The position numbers and the translations under genes are program-made. DNA of 64,000 nt from Phoronis australis (Eukaryota; Animalia; Phoronida). The notes beneath the pieces are model-generated. The model did not search any database. It worked only from the letters and a program-made list of their open reading frames with translations, and was not told the origin of the DNA. The DNA lies in the NCBI GenBank assembly GCA_002633005.1, contig NMRA01000338.1, positions 277,690-341,689 of the forward strand, written 5' to 3'. Shown in pieces: positions 25,340 through 37,960 of the stretch (the stretch's first letter is position 1; each line of letters starts with the position of its first letter).

Positions 25340-25620
25340 TCACATACGTATGTAGGCCTGACAATAGGCTCACTCTCAATATTAATTTCGATCTATTCAC
25401 AGAATTGCAAAAATGGTCTATCTGCTCAAACAACTTTCCAGAACGGTGTCCAGTTGTCTTCCAGAAACAATCTACAAATTCTACAGTGGGGTTATATATA
25501 AAAGTGTTGTCAAACATAATAAAAGAAAATTGTTCGATACGAAATTGGCCGAGGTTCTTTATAAGTCGCATGCAAAATATTACACATGCCTATAAAGTTT
25601 GTTATATCAAAAACAGTACA
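25340..25620 (+). mobile_element. Possible decayed GIY-YIG endonuclease fragment (Penelope-like)
   Basis: YVGLTIGSLS and RKLFDTKLAEVLY in different frames resemble YVG-x-T...L and E-A-L-x-I of PLE endonucleases; weak. Confidence 0.3.
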
Positions 25621-26899
25621 TCCCATTTACACTATTAAATTTAAAGGAATAGTAAAGACACCTGATCTAAGAATCACAACTATTGAATTATAAAACGTCA
25701 TGTAAATACTGTCAACAATAACTATCTGAAATGCACTACCTACGTGTAACAAGAAGATTTCGCAATCAATCGCATACATGTCAACCAATACAGGGATTAC
25801 GTATTTGCTACGTGTTTTTGCCGTTCCTGTAGTGCTATGGCTTAGCGCCAAAATGCCACGTGTTTTCGGTAATTAATACTTATTTGTGCCGATGTTAATA
25901 ATAAAGTTTCCAAAAATTTCCTTTGGATTTTACTGGAAAATCTTATTTTGAAATATCTCCTATCACGACCCTTGCTCGACAGGTCCAAAGGAGTTAGCAA
26001 GAAGTATAACAACACTCAAAGTTACTAGATGTAAGAGCCCCTAATAGGTAAACAGGTACATGCAATATATTTTGACACTTGACAATATTTTGGCTCGTTT
26101 TTGTCAGTTCTGTGGTTTGCTAGGCTTTTCTTATAAAAATTGCTATGGTTAGAGCAAAAAAATGGTTGACATGTAAGGAAATCAGGATACAACTTAATCA
26201 TCCGTATACAGAACACTCCACGTCGATGAGAGATCCAAGTCAACAAACTTAGATGGTGATTTATTCAGAACTTTCAAAAGTTCGACGACAACTTTCAAAG
26301 CACGACTCCACACTGTATTTTTGGAAACCCATCTAAAAGCTGCACTCATTATTTTTAGCGTCCCTTACATGAGAGAGATGGATTGATGCAATTCATTGGA
26401 AAAAACAACGGTATTAATAATTTTAACAGTATGAGCTTATGCATTCACAGATTGTTTTATTAGCAGAAAATGAAATTCTTGCTTCATATTTTCAAAGTTT
26501 GTGTACTGAAGCAATAGTCACTTTATTTAACAACAAATTCTTCACAAGTGTGTGTTTCTTGCACTTGGTGAACATAGCAACAAATACAGCATTTCTTCTG
26601 GGAGATGAGAGTTTATCTGGGAAGAAAGTTGATGTTTCCGAGCGTATTGGAAAATACATTACGACCTTGAGAGTTTTACTACTATAATATACAACGTGGA
26701 TGTAGAGCCATTTGTCACAAACAAAGCGGGAACAAGTATAGAAGTGAGCAAGTCTCGAAAAGCAACAGGCAAGATTGTGGAATCGAGAAAATATGAGGTC
26801 AACCAGGGCACACTTGGAAATGCATTCTCGCTCATGACAAACTTAGGCTGCATTGTCTTAGATATGAGTTGAGGAAAGAGCTTAATATGCACCTGCGTA

Positions 26900-28220
26900 A
26901 TGTGGGGCGAATTCAATAAGCCAAGTAGGAAAGAATCAGTTGCGGAACTCGAGTGCACAAGGAACTACATGGGGGAAGAGAGATAAGATGATATGTATTC
27001 GAGCAAGGAGGTGACTGAGCAGCATCTCACAGTTAGCCATGGTGACGACAGACGGCAGGTGAATCTTGAATTTTGTCCAGGAGCAGAGTCTGTGGACACA
27101 CCAAAGAGCGAAGTAGACGTCAAAGAAACAAAGTGGGAGAAGCTGGTGCAAGAGGTAAGGAAAGTGCAATCAGCGTCAACCCCAGGTTCAAGTGGTGTAC
27201 TATATAAGACATATAAGAAATGTCACTTGTTGATAAGGCATGTTAAGAACGATTTGAAGAAATGAAAAGTTACCTCTGGTTGAAAGACTGCATAGGGATG
27301 CTTTGTTCCTAAAGAAAGGAATTCGGTAATGATCAAGCAGTTCAGAAAAGTTTTGCTTTTGAGTGTTGAAGGTAAGATGTGCTTTTGCTATCGTAGCTAG
27401 AAGGACGATAACGTTCTTCATAGACAACAAATACACAGCTGTACACGAAGAGGGGTTCTTAGGATACGTGGAGCACAGTCAGCTGATTATAATTTCAAGT
27501 CACATGGGAAAGACCTGACCTCTGTTTGGCTGGACCTAATCAAATAGCACTGCTTTGATCCCTCATCAGTTGGTTCACAGCCGTTTACTACGTTGGGTAC
27601 CAGTGGAAAAACTAAGATGTTTACTGTTTGGCGTCACGACTCAGTTGTAAAGACTCTGGCAGAGTCATAGACAGAATGGGAAAGCAAGAGCAACACAGCT
27701 CAAGGCAAACAGTCACATTGAATGCATAAAAGCAAGTGAGCGAGAAAAGAAGATACAGACATGCATCCTGGACGGGATAATCAGAAGAAGAGGGTTGATC
27801 TGGGACGAAAGTGTTTCCGGCCGAACGTAGTGGAAAAAATCTATGACCTGACTTATTTCTAAGGTCGGACGCTCATCAGCGCATAGTCATCGTTGAACAC
27901 GCAACCCTTAGACGGAAGGTATGAGGAGGCGGCCCACGAGAGCAAGTCATCTAAGTATTGTGAGCTAGCTGAGAAAAGGGTGGACATCTTGATTGTTTCC
28001 TGTTTGGTGGTTGCTTGAGAACAATGGTGTGCGAGGGAGGATGAAGAGAGCAGCAGTGAGCAGGCTGGGTAAAACGGCAGAAAGAACGCAATACTCACGA
28101 AAAACAGTAATGAAGGACGTTGAGGGCTGTACTGATACACAACGGGTTGACCACCACAGGGGACCGTTACGTTTTGGGGTCCAAACGTGTCGAGGAAACT
28201 ACGTGTACAGCACATTCTTT
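26900..28220 (+). mobile_element. Decayed, internally deleted RLE-type non-LTR retrotransposon (R2 group, HERO-like)
   Basis: Frameshifted RT motifs SASTPGSSGVLYKTYKKC, GCFVPKERNS..KQFRKVLLLSVEGKM and DLTSVWLDL..IPHQLV, then WRHDSVVKTLA, L*PDLFL..IVIVE and EAAHESKSSKYCELA of the PD-(D/E)xK endonuclease. Ends approximate. Confidence 0.85.
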
Positions 28221-28742
28221 GAACCAGTTTTCAAGTGAAGTATTCAGCTCTATCCATCGCATTATGCGGATCACTTCACAAGAAGTATCGTGTGTTATCA
28301 TAGAATGTTGCAAACTATTCCCATACGACAGTGGGGATATCTAAGGTAATAAACACGTAAGAGAGACCCATGTGAGTGGTTAATTGAATAAAGGAATTCC
28401 AGTAAACTGGAATAAGTGTAGGGTCATCAGAGACGGGTGCAAGGTTAGAAAGGTGTCAGGTCTCGCCACCTGCTCTAGAACCTGAAATACTACATGTATC
28501 TGGTGTCTGATCCATGAAAGTGACTTAAGACTATAAGACCGAAATTTGGTATTACGCTCCACATAACTATTTCCGGAAATGATTTAAACTCAATTTAGCA
28601 AAAAATAAAGCAATATAATTTTACTTACTAAGAAACCTGTGCAAATTATTTGCAGTCAGCGATGTTCTAATAATCACGTGACTAAACCTTTGTTTGGCAA
28701 CTGTGCAATGGGAGCCTAAGAATGACCAAGTGTCTGTCTTAA

Positions 28743-30401
28743 AGGAGCATGCCACCCAAAAAAACAACCTAATTTGTATCACTTTAGATCGAATAGTTCT
28801 ACTCCATAACGACACGTACGGTTGCGTTACCTGACACCTGACGGCAGACGGAGGTGTTGAAATTATCCAATGACGTAATCGGTTTCACACGCAGTCTGTT
28901 CAGCAGTTCACAACACGGGTTAGTGGTGTCAGCTTATCGCTTGAAGTCATCGTTTAACACCAATAAATCATCAAACTTCGATGTAAAACCCTTAAAAATA
29001 CACAGAGTTCTTATAAAAACGTGTTGTTTTATTTCGCTCTTACGGATATATTGGTATTTGGACTCACCGTAGCCTACAAAGTTCGGCAGGCCAATAAGTC
29101 CGTAGCAGGAGTTTGGAGTCTGTTCGGAGATAATTTCGAAGTATTTTTCTTGAGATACAGACAGGAGAACCTAGATCTGTGTTGTTTAGACTTGTGATTT
29201 TTTTAGCTCTAAACACAAAACGCTTGCCCGTCGCGGCCGGCTGGATTGACTAGTTATCCCCGCCAGTGACTCGGAAACTGATCAGACATCACGAACATAA
29301 ACCAGCCAAAGTTCAGTGGAAACTAAACTTCCAGTCAAGAAAATACTATGATAGTGAGCCAAAGTAATGTGCACCTGAGTATGTTGTTGAATTAGCCACG
29401 AAACTCCAAATCTACTTACTCGTCGGGGGCCGCGAATTCAGGTTCCGCTTTCAGTTGGCCACAGCACCGTCAGGGCAGAAGTTGTACATTGACAATCATT
29501 ATTTGAGTAATGTAAATGTAAATAAAGATTCCCCTAACACCTGGCCGTGAGATAGAAATCGAGTTGTTTCACAACAGTTTCTGCCAGCAAACACTAAATT
29601 AGCATGTGCTCACACGGCCTAGGTGTCTCTTTAATTCAGTAGTTTTATTGCACCTAAAGTCGACCGGGTAACGCAGTGATTTATTCATTGCTGGCTTCTC
29701 AAATCATTTGCACTCACGAACATTCCAAAGGCATTACAAATTGCATCTAATGAGACAGACTTTGTTTCAGTTTTATGTAAGTATTGGTTAGGGTGAGAAT
29801 AATTCATTTTGAAACAGAACGCTCAGTAATAAACGCCAACGATGGCAACTCGAAATCCCGTCTTAGGACGAGCAAGAGCTCATAAGTCCCGACTTCGCAG
29901 GTGGATCGTTAAGTTTTACAGGCTATCAATTCGAACAGGAATACAGTGACGAAGAAATACTAGAGAGGCGCCGTGAACAACCTCAGACAACGGAACGTAT
30001 GGAGTTATTTGGTAAGCCGGCATTCGTCAAGCACTGTCGACGTCTGCAGGCCACAGACACGGAGATGTTTCACGGCCTCATACTTGCTATTTGCAGCGTA
30101 CATTTCATTCTTCACTACCATGAGTCACTTCCTAAGCATTTTGGACTCTCTAGGAAGTAAAAAATACGATATACCCTCTTTCCTCGCAGCTGTTTATTTC
30201 GGACAAGCAGGAACGATGCACCGCAACATAGCGGCATTCACTCTGCATATGAACCACTGACGTCGCTAGCGTCGTTTCTCACCTTCCTCACAGGTTAACG
30301 CGACACCTCTTGGCAAGGTAAGGTCGACCGAATGCGAGGCGATGTGGATATAGACCGATTAAGACGGCAAAAAGACTAATTAAATCGGGTGGCATTCTCC
30401 T
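28743..30401 (+). mobile_element. Non-autonomous Kolobok-like DNA transposon with TTAA target duplication
   Basis: ttaa|aggagcatgccaccc ... gggtggcattctcct|ttaa (15-bp TIR, 1 mismatch); internal decayed fragment GYQFEQEYSDEEILERR at ~29867-30011. Confidence 0.85.
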
Positions 30402-31204
30402 TTAAGTCTTAAAACAGACATCAGTAGTAACTCAACCCTAGAGAAACAAAAATGACAGTTCTGGTACTACTACTAGGAAATTATTGTGCTTTGAGACATG
30501 GCGGAAGAATCTGTAACCAACTGCGGGCTAGACCAAGGCGAGGTTTATCTTCGAATACATCTACGTGTACTTCCTCGGCAACGGCTTGTCGCTATGTAGC
30601 GAGAACACGCAATTTAAACGACACTGCTTTAAAATGTTTCTGACCTTGGCATTGTCTCAGAACTACATTTTAATGGCTCTCGCACTGATTATACTTCTAA
30701 ACACAAACGTTTTTAAATAGCCTCGCTAATGGTGTTCCCACGCTGCCGCTTACTGATTAATATTTCCGCTCTATAAAAAAGTAACTAGATCAGTAACAAT
30801 TACGTCGCTCTACGGCTGTACTAGGAATCTTGTTACATGACACGTGATAACGTCCATATTGGCTAAGCTGGACATGTACTAGCCTTGATAGGTGTCGCTT
30901 CAGTACTGTGCGTTTATTACGAACTAACAGCATTGCAGTGTACCCGGAAGGGAGGTTATGAATGTATTGCCGCTACCCAGCAGACATCGACATTGAACAA
31001 AGCAGATTTGTTGATGAGGACAACAATATTTGTCCTTGATGGGAAGGCAGCCTTCGTTGCTAAGTCTCTTGACGTCATTTCACCGACCAATTATGAGTCT
31101 GAATAGTCTAGTCTCAGCTGTGATACGACTTCGCCACAATCATGTACAGGAAGTGGCCAACATCCCCACATTAAACGACATCTAATGCCACTTTTTATTG
31201 TGGG

Positions 31205-31390
31205 CACTGTGCAGGCCCAAATTGTGACAATGTTCCAAATTTTTACAACTTCAAAATTGTGACAATTCGGGTCAGCGCTGCAGCCCAAATTGTTACAATT
31301 TGCACAAATTATAACGACAATTTTTAATTGATGTAAATTTGGACCTTTACAGACCCAAATTGTCACAACGGCCCAAATAGTTACAACAGC
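31205..31390. repeat. Array of diverged ccaaattgt(g/t/c)acaa units, probably a MITE subterminal array
   Basis: About 7 copies visible. Confidence 0.65.
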
Positions 31391-32615
31391 GTAGGTTGTG
31401 TTGTTAGTTGAATTTTCTAGATACGGCGATGGAAAGTTTCGCCAAGAAGATTAAAATACGCAATATTAAAATACACAAATTTGAAATCAAAACTAACTTT
31501 AAAGTCGATTGGCTGATATGCAGGAATTCAAGGTAACTTGGGATTATCACCTTACCTTTCGGGATTCTACAAAGTGTTTCAACACTGGATGGAACAAAAT
31601 GAAGTTTAATACAGCAAGTTTTGTTTACTGTGCATAAACACAAAGTCAAGTGTACCAGGTAAATCTCCCGAAACTGGCCTCAAACTTTACCAACTATTTT
31701 CTCCAATACAGGCAGGAGCTTCAAATTTTGCTGACTGCCAATTTCATGTTTTGCGCTTATACTGTTTCTGCTCATTTTATAATGCCAGGGTTTTCGGCAG
31801 CGTGCAAGCGGTTTTCACGACGCTCGCTGAATATTGTCCAATGAAGCGTGGGGTGGAATATAAGTAATTGTAAAGGTGGCCTGTGGTTGAGCTGACAAGA
31901 AAATTTAATTGAGAGAAAAGGATTTAAGCTATGAATTCAAATACGTTTACAGTGGGTGCTGGAAATGTAACCCATCATCACCAAAGCACAACTCGATGCG
32001 TCTTTCCAAATAGAAAACCTGCCTGGTCGATGAAATACATCCGTCGAGCGCGAAATCGGCACACTGCCGAAAAAAAAACGCTGCGTTGAACAGTTTTTGC
32101 AGCGCAAGTAAAAAAATATTAGCAAAAGTGTGGGACTTGTTTTGGGAGAGTCATCTCTTATATAACCTTGTAACAAGGTACGAATTACTAAACCCAATAT
32201 GGTGCCATTTCATGTATGTAAGTTTTAAACTAGTCATGACCAAAAATTGCAATACATAAATCCGTGACAGGATTTCATTTTAAAAAAATAGTGCGTATTT
32301 TTCCATGGGGTTGGTAAAAGTGAACCATTTTCCAAATCATACCTTCATTTTCCCAGTCCGAAAACACGCAGTTTAGAGGGGTCATGAAAACAGTAGACGG
32401 CGTAAGTAAAATCCCCGATGCCGACTAAAACCTGTGAGAAAATGAAGTTAGGAGCACTCGACATCTTTTACCAGCTCATATGACTCAAGTGTTTGCATGA
32501 TTCATGCCAAAAACATATATGGTAGCGGCTATCCGGCTGGTGCTCTAAAACACATTGTTGCCTCACCTATTTCCTTGACTTCCATCATAAAACATATGAT
32601 AATGGGTATACTTAC

Positions 32616-32747
32616 CTCCACTACCCGCCTGCTCCACTCACCCTTATTCGAACATTTTGGAACAGAAAATTGAGTAGATGTTATATTGTTACAGTCTGTG
32701 TGCAGGCATACACGAACTCCGAGCTGACTTGGTCGCATCGACCTCAT
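32616..32747 (-). pseudogene. THAP-like first-exon fragment (RVCLHTDCNNITSTQFSVPKCSNKGEWSRRVVE)
   Basis: C-x4-C-x-N...F-x-x-P...W spacing and a perfect GAG|GTAAGT donor; no downstream exon recognised. Confidence 0.4.
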
Positions 32748-33852
32748 GTGATTAAATTCGCCGAATTTTCCAAATTGGTCGTTTTTCGTGTGTCAATGGT
32801 GCGTACTTATGGGTTAAGTAAAGCTAAACACTGAGGTTATTTTTAGTTAAAACCCCAAACCTACTTTAGAGTACACTGATGTCCACGAGCAAGCAACTAG
32901 CAGTCACGGACGGAAAGAGATTTCTTCACACATCAAGCCACTACTACAGATTAGCATATAATACACGTGTTCTAAACCAGAGTTTAACTAGTGATTTTCC
33001 AGTTACAAGGTGTAACTTAATGTAATTTCCCATGGATAAGTAGCAAGGTTTAGAACCAAGATGCCGGTAAGGTAACGTCACACGCACTTTGGTTATGTGA
33101 TGTATGAATGATTTAGTTTACGTCATGTACTATTTTTAAAGAACACGTGTTATGTTATGTAGTCACGTGATGGTTTCACCATCAGTTTGTAGTTGTACGT
33201 TCACTGCTTGTATTACCACGATCACGAATAGACGTATTTCATTATCACTCGAATAATTGTTGTTCCTTCCACTCTGGCTACCCAACGATAAACGTAACAG
33301 GTTACCCGTCTAATTCAGACGCCTAAACACGCTGTGTAACAGTTGTATCGAATGCTAGTGTTAGACTAGCCTGGATAACATTTCTGACGAGGTATGGGAC
33401 TAGATTCCTCACTTACATCCATGGTTCTAATTTAGACATGCAAAGGTGTTCAATCCTGAACCTTGGCGTAGACTTTCTCAGCTAGGTTTTGACATAAGTG
33501 GATCTTGCAAGACAATTGCAATACAATATATGGTACATGTACATGTATCTGCAACGGCACGTAACTTCACATCAATCAGATGTGCTTTCGAAGGACTCTT
33601 ACTGCGAAATAAATGCCTCGTTAATTTTAGAGAGACCATAGAAGAATGCTACTCTCCGAAAGACTATCGACTTAACAACAACGAAAGTATTTTATTAAAG
33701 ACGACAGGTTCAAATAAACAATAACACGTGCATATGCCCCTATTTTACAGTTACTACCAACACAAATGCTACTGTTACGCTAAAAAGCATATCGGCTTGT
33801 GACCTACTGGTCTTACAAGCATAAAGCCCTTCCTGAAAACTCGTCTCCGTCC

Positions 33853-34071
33853 TTATTGGGACGATATTTCCCCATTTGCACCATAGCGACTGCAGCAGAC
33901 ACGCCTTTTGAAGAAATTTACAATAGCAGCCTTGAACGCCTTTCTGTACTCACTGCGGAGGATAACGTAAGTGTATGGATCCAAAACAATTGGCAGCGCA
34001 AAACAAAAGTAGATCACGTGGTCTCCGTCATCATTTTGCCATGCTCCTGTCCTTTCGCCAATTGCTCGAGC
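33853..34071 (-). CDS. GPCR 1 exon 2 (ECL3, TM7 LDPYTY, helix 8, CC tail); total about 345 aa
   Basis: ttttctgtgcag acceptor, then ARAIGERTGAW...DPYTYVILRSEYRKAFK...SSQ*. Confidence 0.92.
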   Translation of the reverse strand, partial: ARAIGERTGAWQNDDGDHVIYFCFALPIVLDPYTYVILRSEYRKAFKAAIVNFFKRRVCCSRYGANGEISSQ

Positions 34072-34359
34072 CTGCACAGAAAAATAAAGTAGGCATGACA
34101 TCGATGAAAAAAGCTTATTATAATAAAAAAATGTTTGAGTAAATTATCAGATTTTTATTGAACTAGATTGTCGAGTAGTTTAAAATCTTAATTGTTCAAA
34201 CCAACACTTTATTCATACTGACTTCAGGAACGGATCTTTTTTGCTGACAACCATGTTTCCTTCATAGCTAAACCCCACGACCGAAGTATGAACAAGTGTC
34301 ATTTCGATTACTCAATCTTTGATCTATATGTTATTGTGATCAGTTTTGGAAGTAATCGC

Positions 34360-34640
34360 CACAATCATTACACCATCATCACCGCTATCGCAAATCCCAC
34401 AAAATACGTCCACTGCTTCCCCTACCATCATCAGTACTACCTCCACCGCCACTACTGTCGTCACCATCACCAACACCGCCATCACTACCAATCCCATTGC
34501 CATATCCAGTAATACCACCGCCATCACCACTAACCCCACCATTACTACACAGCCGTCAACCCCACCACCACCACCACCACTATCACCACCACCACCATCA
34601 CCACCAACATCATCACCACTGACCCCTCCATAATCACCAC
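34360..34640. repeat. Degenerate (CAC/CAT)n trinucleotide tract in the GPCR 1 intron
   Basis: Seen directly; explains the low-complexity ORFs here. Confidence 0.9.
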
Positions 34641-35030
34641 GCCCAGCAAGCCTTATTTTGATAACTCCGCTTGTACAAAATCAAAAATCGGCTGCAACGT
34701 TCCCTCGGCCAAAGGCTATAAAATAAATGTGGAAATTTTCACGGGCTGAAAATCGCACGGGGGATGTTCTAATCTACTAAAAAGTCAAAAATGTCTGAAA
34801 ATGATCGTATTTTTGCACAGGGATAAAGAGTTGGCAAAATGTTACGGCTAGCAAAGAAAATAAAGATATTTTATTCATCATGCATTGCCACTAAGTCAGA
34901 CCTCGCGAGCTATTCACACTATTTTTGACCGTAAACTCGAAAACGTTGAAATGTAACCCAAAATGGCTTGATAGAGAAAAGCAATTACGAGGCACATTAA
35001 CTACAGACGCAGAGTATAACAGAGACCCAC

Positions 35031-35849
35031 CGATAAAGGTATCCATGAAATGACGGTGACCATCATTACTCCAACTAAGGTTCTTGCGAACTTGGTTTCC
35101 AGTTTCATCAACTCAATGTATTCCTTGTTCTTCACTGTCCCCTTTCGCCTAGCAGTATCAGCGTGTGGTCCGATCCTTCGCGTCATGTGGATCACTTCGA
35201 CAAGGACTCTTATGTTGGTAGCAATTATCAAGAAAGTGCACAGGAGTCCAAACGAGACGAACACATAACCGTAAACATTTTCAATTGGATTCTTTGTTTT
35301 CCAAAATGGTTGACATTCCCCAGTGATTGGATTCGCTTTGTTTTGGTACGACAGGGGAGTAAACAGCATGGTGCTAATGCTTGAAACAACGACAGCGCCA
35401 ATAATGAGGATTGCTATGGCTTTTTTTGTCGTGACATAGCTCTCGTAGAAATAAGGAGTACATATAGCAAGGAATCGGTCAATGGCCATGCACAAAGCAA
35501 CGAAAGTCGAGTACATAACCAGTAGTAATACTACCAAATTATTTAACGTGCAAGCAAGATGGCCATGCTCCGGCAATGGAACTATGAATTTTATAACCGA
35601 AAAAAGAAATAATTCAGACAGAGCTATTAAATCGCAAACAGCGAGAACGCGAATTAGAATATTTACTGGTTTTTCCAAACCAAAATGTCCTTTGCTGAAA
35701 ATTACGAGAACTTGAATATTTCCAAAGAAACCTGGCAAAAACAGCAAGAATACGGCAATCAAGAAAGAGGTCTCCAAACTTCGCAAATAGGTGACAAATG
35801 AAGTCTGGTTCTTCACCGTAAGGTTATTGCACAAGTCTCCTCCTTCCAT
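35031..35849 (-). CDS. GPCR 1 exon 1 (TM1-TM6): class A receptor, prostanoid-receptor-like
   Basis: GFFGN, LAVCDL, MAIDRFLAICTPYFY, ECL2 Cys (GECQPFW), TM5 TNxxV, SWIPLS then a phase-0 GTGGGT donor; N-terminal NLT and NQT sequons. Confidence 0.92.
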
Positions 35850-37902
35850 TGTTTTGAAAGTGTTTTCGAAGCTCCAATTGAAACGACACGTGCAGTTACC
35901 AGTTTCCTTGGCGGAACAGAGAGCTCAGTCCCAAAAATTAAACGAGAAAGTGTTTCTGTAGTAAACGAACTATTTTCTGCTTTATCGTTTTTATAGCAGA
36001 CAGTCGAAATATTATTAAGAATGTTTAGTTTTTCTCAGAAAGAATCACCATGTCCAGACAGAGCGTTTGTAACTCTTGTCATCACTCGATATTTACAGCA
36101 TCCACTTTCCTGCACTGCGCTACATGACTACAATTCACGACGGCACACGATGAGATGCAAAGTTACCTTCCCAGTTCCCCTAGCCTTTCAAATAAATAAC
36201 GTATGATGACAGCCCCCGTGAGTAATTGCCGGAACATAAATCTAAGTTAAAGCCATCAATTGAGCACAATCGACATTTTAAAAGCTTGATAAATTCCTTC
36301 CTTTTAAATTGATCAATAACACGCGCTTTAAAAATATATTTTTCTTAAATTATTAGTAATTCACGTACGTGATCGACGTGCCTGAGAACTAAAGAACAAT
36401 TTGTAAGCCGTGGGATGAATGGGAAAAACAGCTTTGAGAAAAGGTTATCGTAGCTGCATTTAAGATGAGCCACAACGTCGCACTGAAGGTGCTTAAAACC
36501 ACCATGTACCTTGTTTTGATAAATGACTACAATGTCATTTCTTTATAGCACTGCCTATTACAATCATGAATTCAATATCCCAAAATCGAGAAAATAGAAG
36601 AAAGGCGACTTTAATTGAAAGCTTCTTAGCTCCACAGCCATCAGTGCGATGTACATGTATAAACGTGTCATGATCACCAACACGGGGGTTTCTTGTATAT
36701 ATATCCGCATTTTCCCGATGTTCAGCGGGAAAGTTAAAAAGCCACAGCGTGGTCAAATACTAATTGTCACGACTACTACTAACACACAGCATTGCCATTC
36801 CTTATTATACCATAAACCACGGGAAAGCGTGCAGCAATGTCGGACGACTGCTCACACTAAACACAGTGGAGCCGACGACTAACGCTGTGATTGGTTGTCC
36901 CGATTTTAGCCAGTATGTATCGACCAATGAAAGCTTGAGAACAACTTAGTAACGTATCTTCAGATAGTGTTTACTGGTGTTCTAATTGGACAATTGATCG
37001 ACTGGTGGGGTTGTTTTTGGTGTTTTGGTATGACATTGGTTATTAAAACAGTACGGTTAGTTCACAAACTGTATGTAACTGAGACAAATTAATATAGTCC
37101 AAAGTTTCTTCATAGTTCGCGCAAACTCTTGCTTTTGTTACTAAACAGTAGTATAGACTTCCGTTTCACAACGGATGCTATTCCTACTATGACTATAGTT
37201 TACGTTCCGAAAGACACGCTGACGTCCCACAGATCCGATAGGTTTTTCAAATTTGACGTTTTTAGTTTTCTTCTGTGTACTTGGTTTTACTGATGGTTGA
37301 AGTGGTGACTGAACAAAGTCTCGGTCGATACGCGGAATAATGTCTCGTGGGATATTACTTCATCAACGCCACTCTTGGGACGTTTTGTATATGTATTCAT
37401 TATATGCCTTAAGTACCGAGCCTGAGCAAACAACATCATTCGTATATTTACTAGAATCTACAAGATTATATGCCATGTCAACGCTTTTGATTGGACTAGG
37501 GTTTAGGGGCTCGAATTGAAGTTCGATTTTAGAGCCACAACCATGAAACCGTCTCTTTTCCCTGGAACTGGTCGTAACCTTCATAACCTGCATGAAAAGT
37601 ATTGCATCATCTCTGGCTGCAATTCATCAATATCACGATGCACAGAACTCACTTTGATTCCGAAACAGGTAAAATAGCGTCATGAGACCTTCAAGAAAAG
37701 TTAACGCCTAACACTGAAAATGAACATGTAGCATTTGGAACTTCGAACTGAACACTTAAATACAACCCGATAGTTTAAGGTAGAATAAACACGCTGGTGA
37801 CAGAAATGCCATAATCAACACTTCAAAGCAAAGAAGATAAAGTGGTACGACATGGTACGTAATCCTCGTATTAGCAACATACATCGGGTTAGCTAGGCGA
37901 CA

Positions 37903-37960
37903 GTTGTTGTTGTTGTTGCTGCTGCTGCTCTTGTTGTTGTTGTTGTTGTTGTTGTCATTG
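37903..37960. repeat. (GTT)n/(GCT)n microsatellite
   Basis: Seen directly. Confidence 0.95.

Noticed and set aside
32608-32620. atacttacct as a U1 snRNA 5' end
   Set aside because: The following sequence does not match U1; it is the reverse complement of a splice donor.
34288-34633. His-rich and Thr/Pro-rich ORFs
   Set aside because: Translations of a degenerate CAC/CAT microsatellite inside the GPCR 1 intron.
35001-35849. GPCR ORFs (also 59036-60007) as truncated 6-TM pseudogenes
   Set aside because: Each has a phase-0 donor after TM6 and a downstream exon supplying TM7 and helix 8; both genes look intact.
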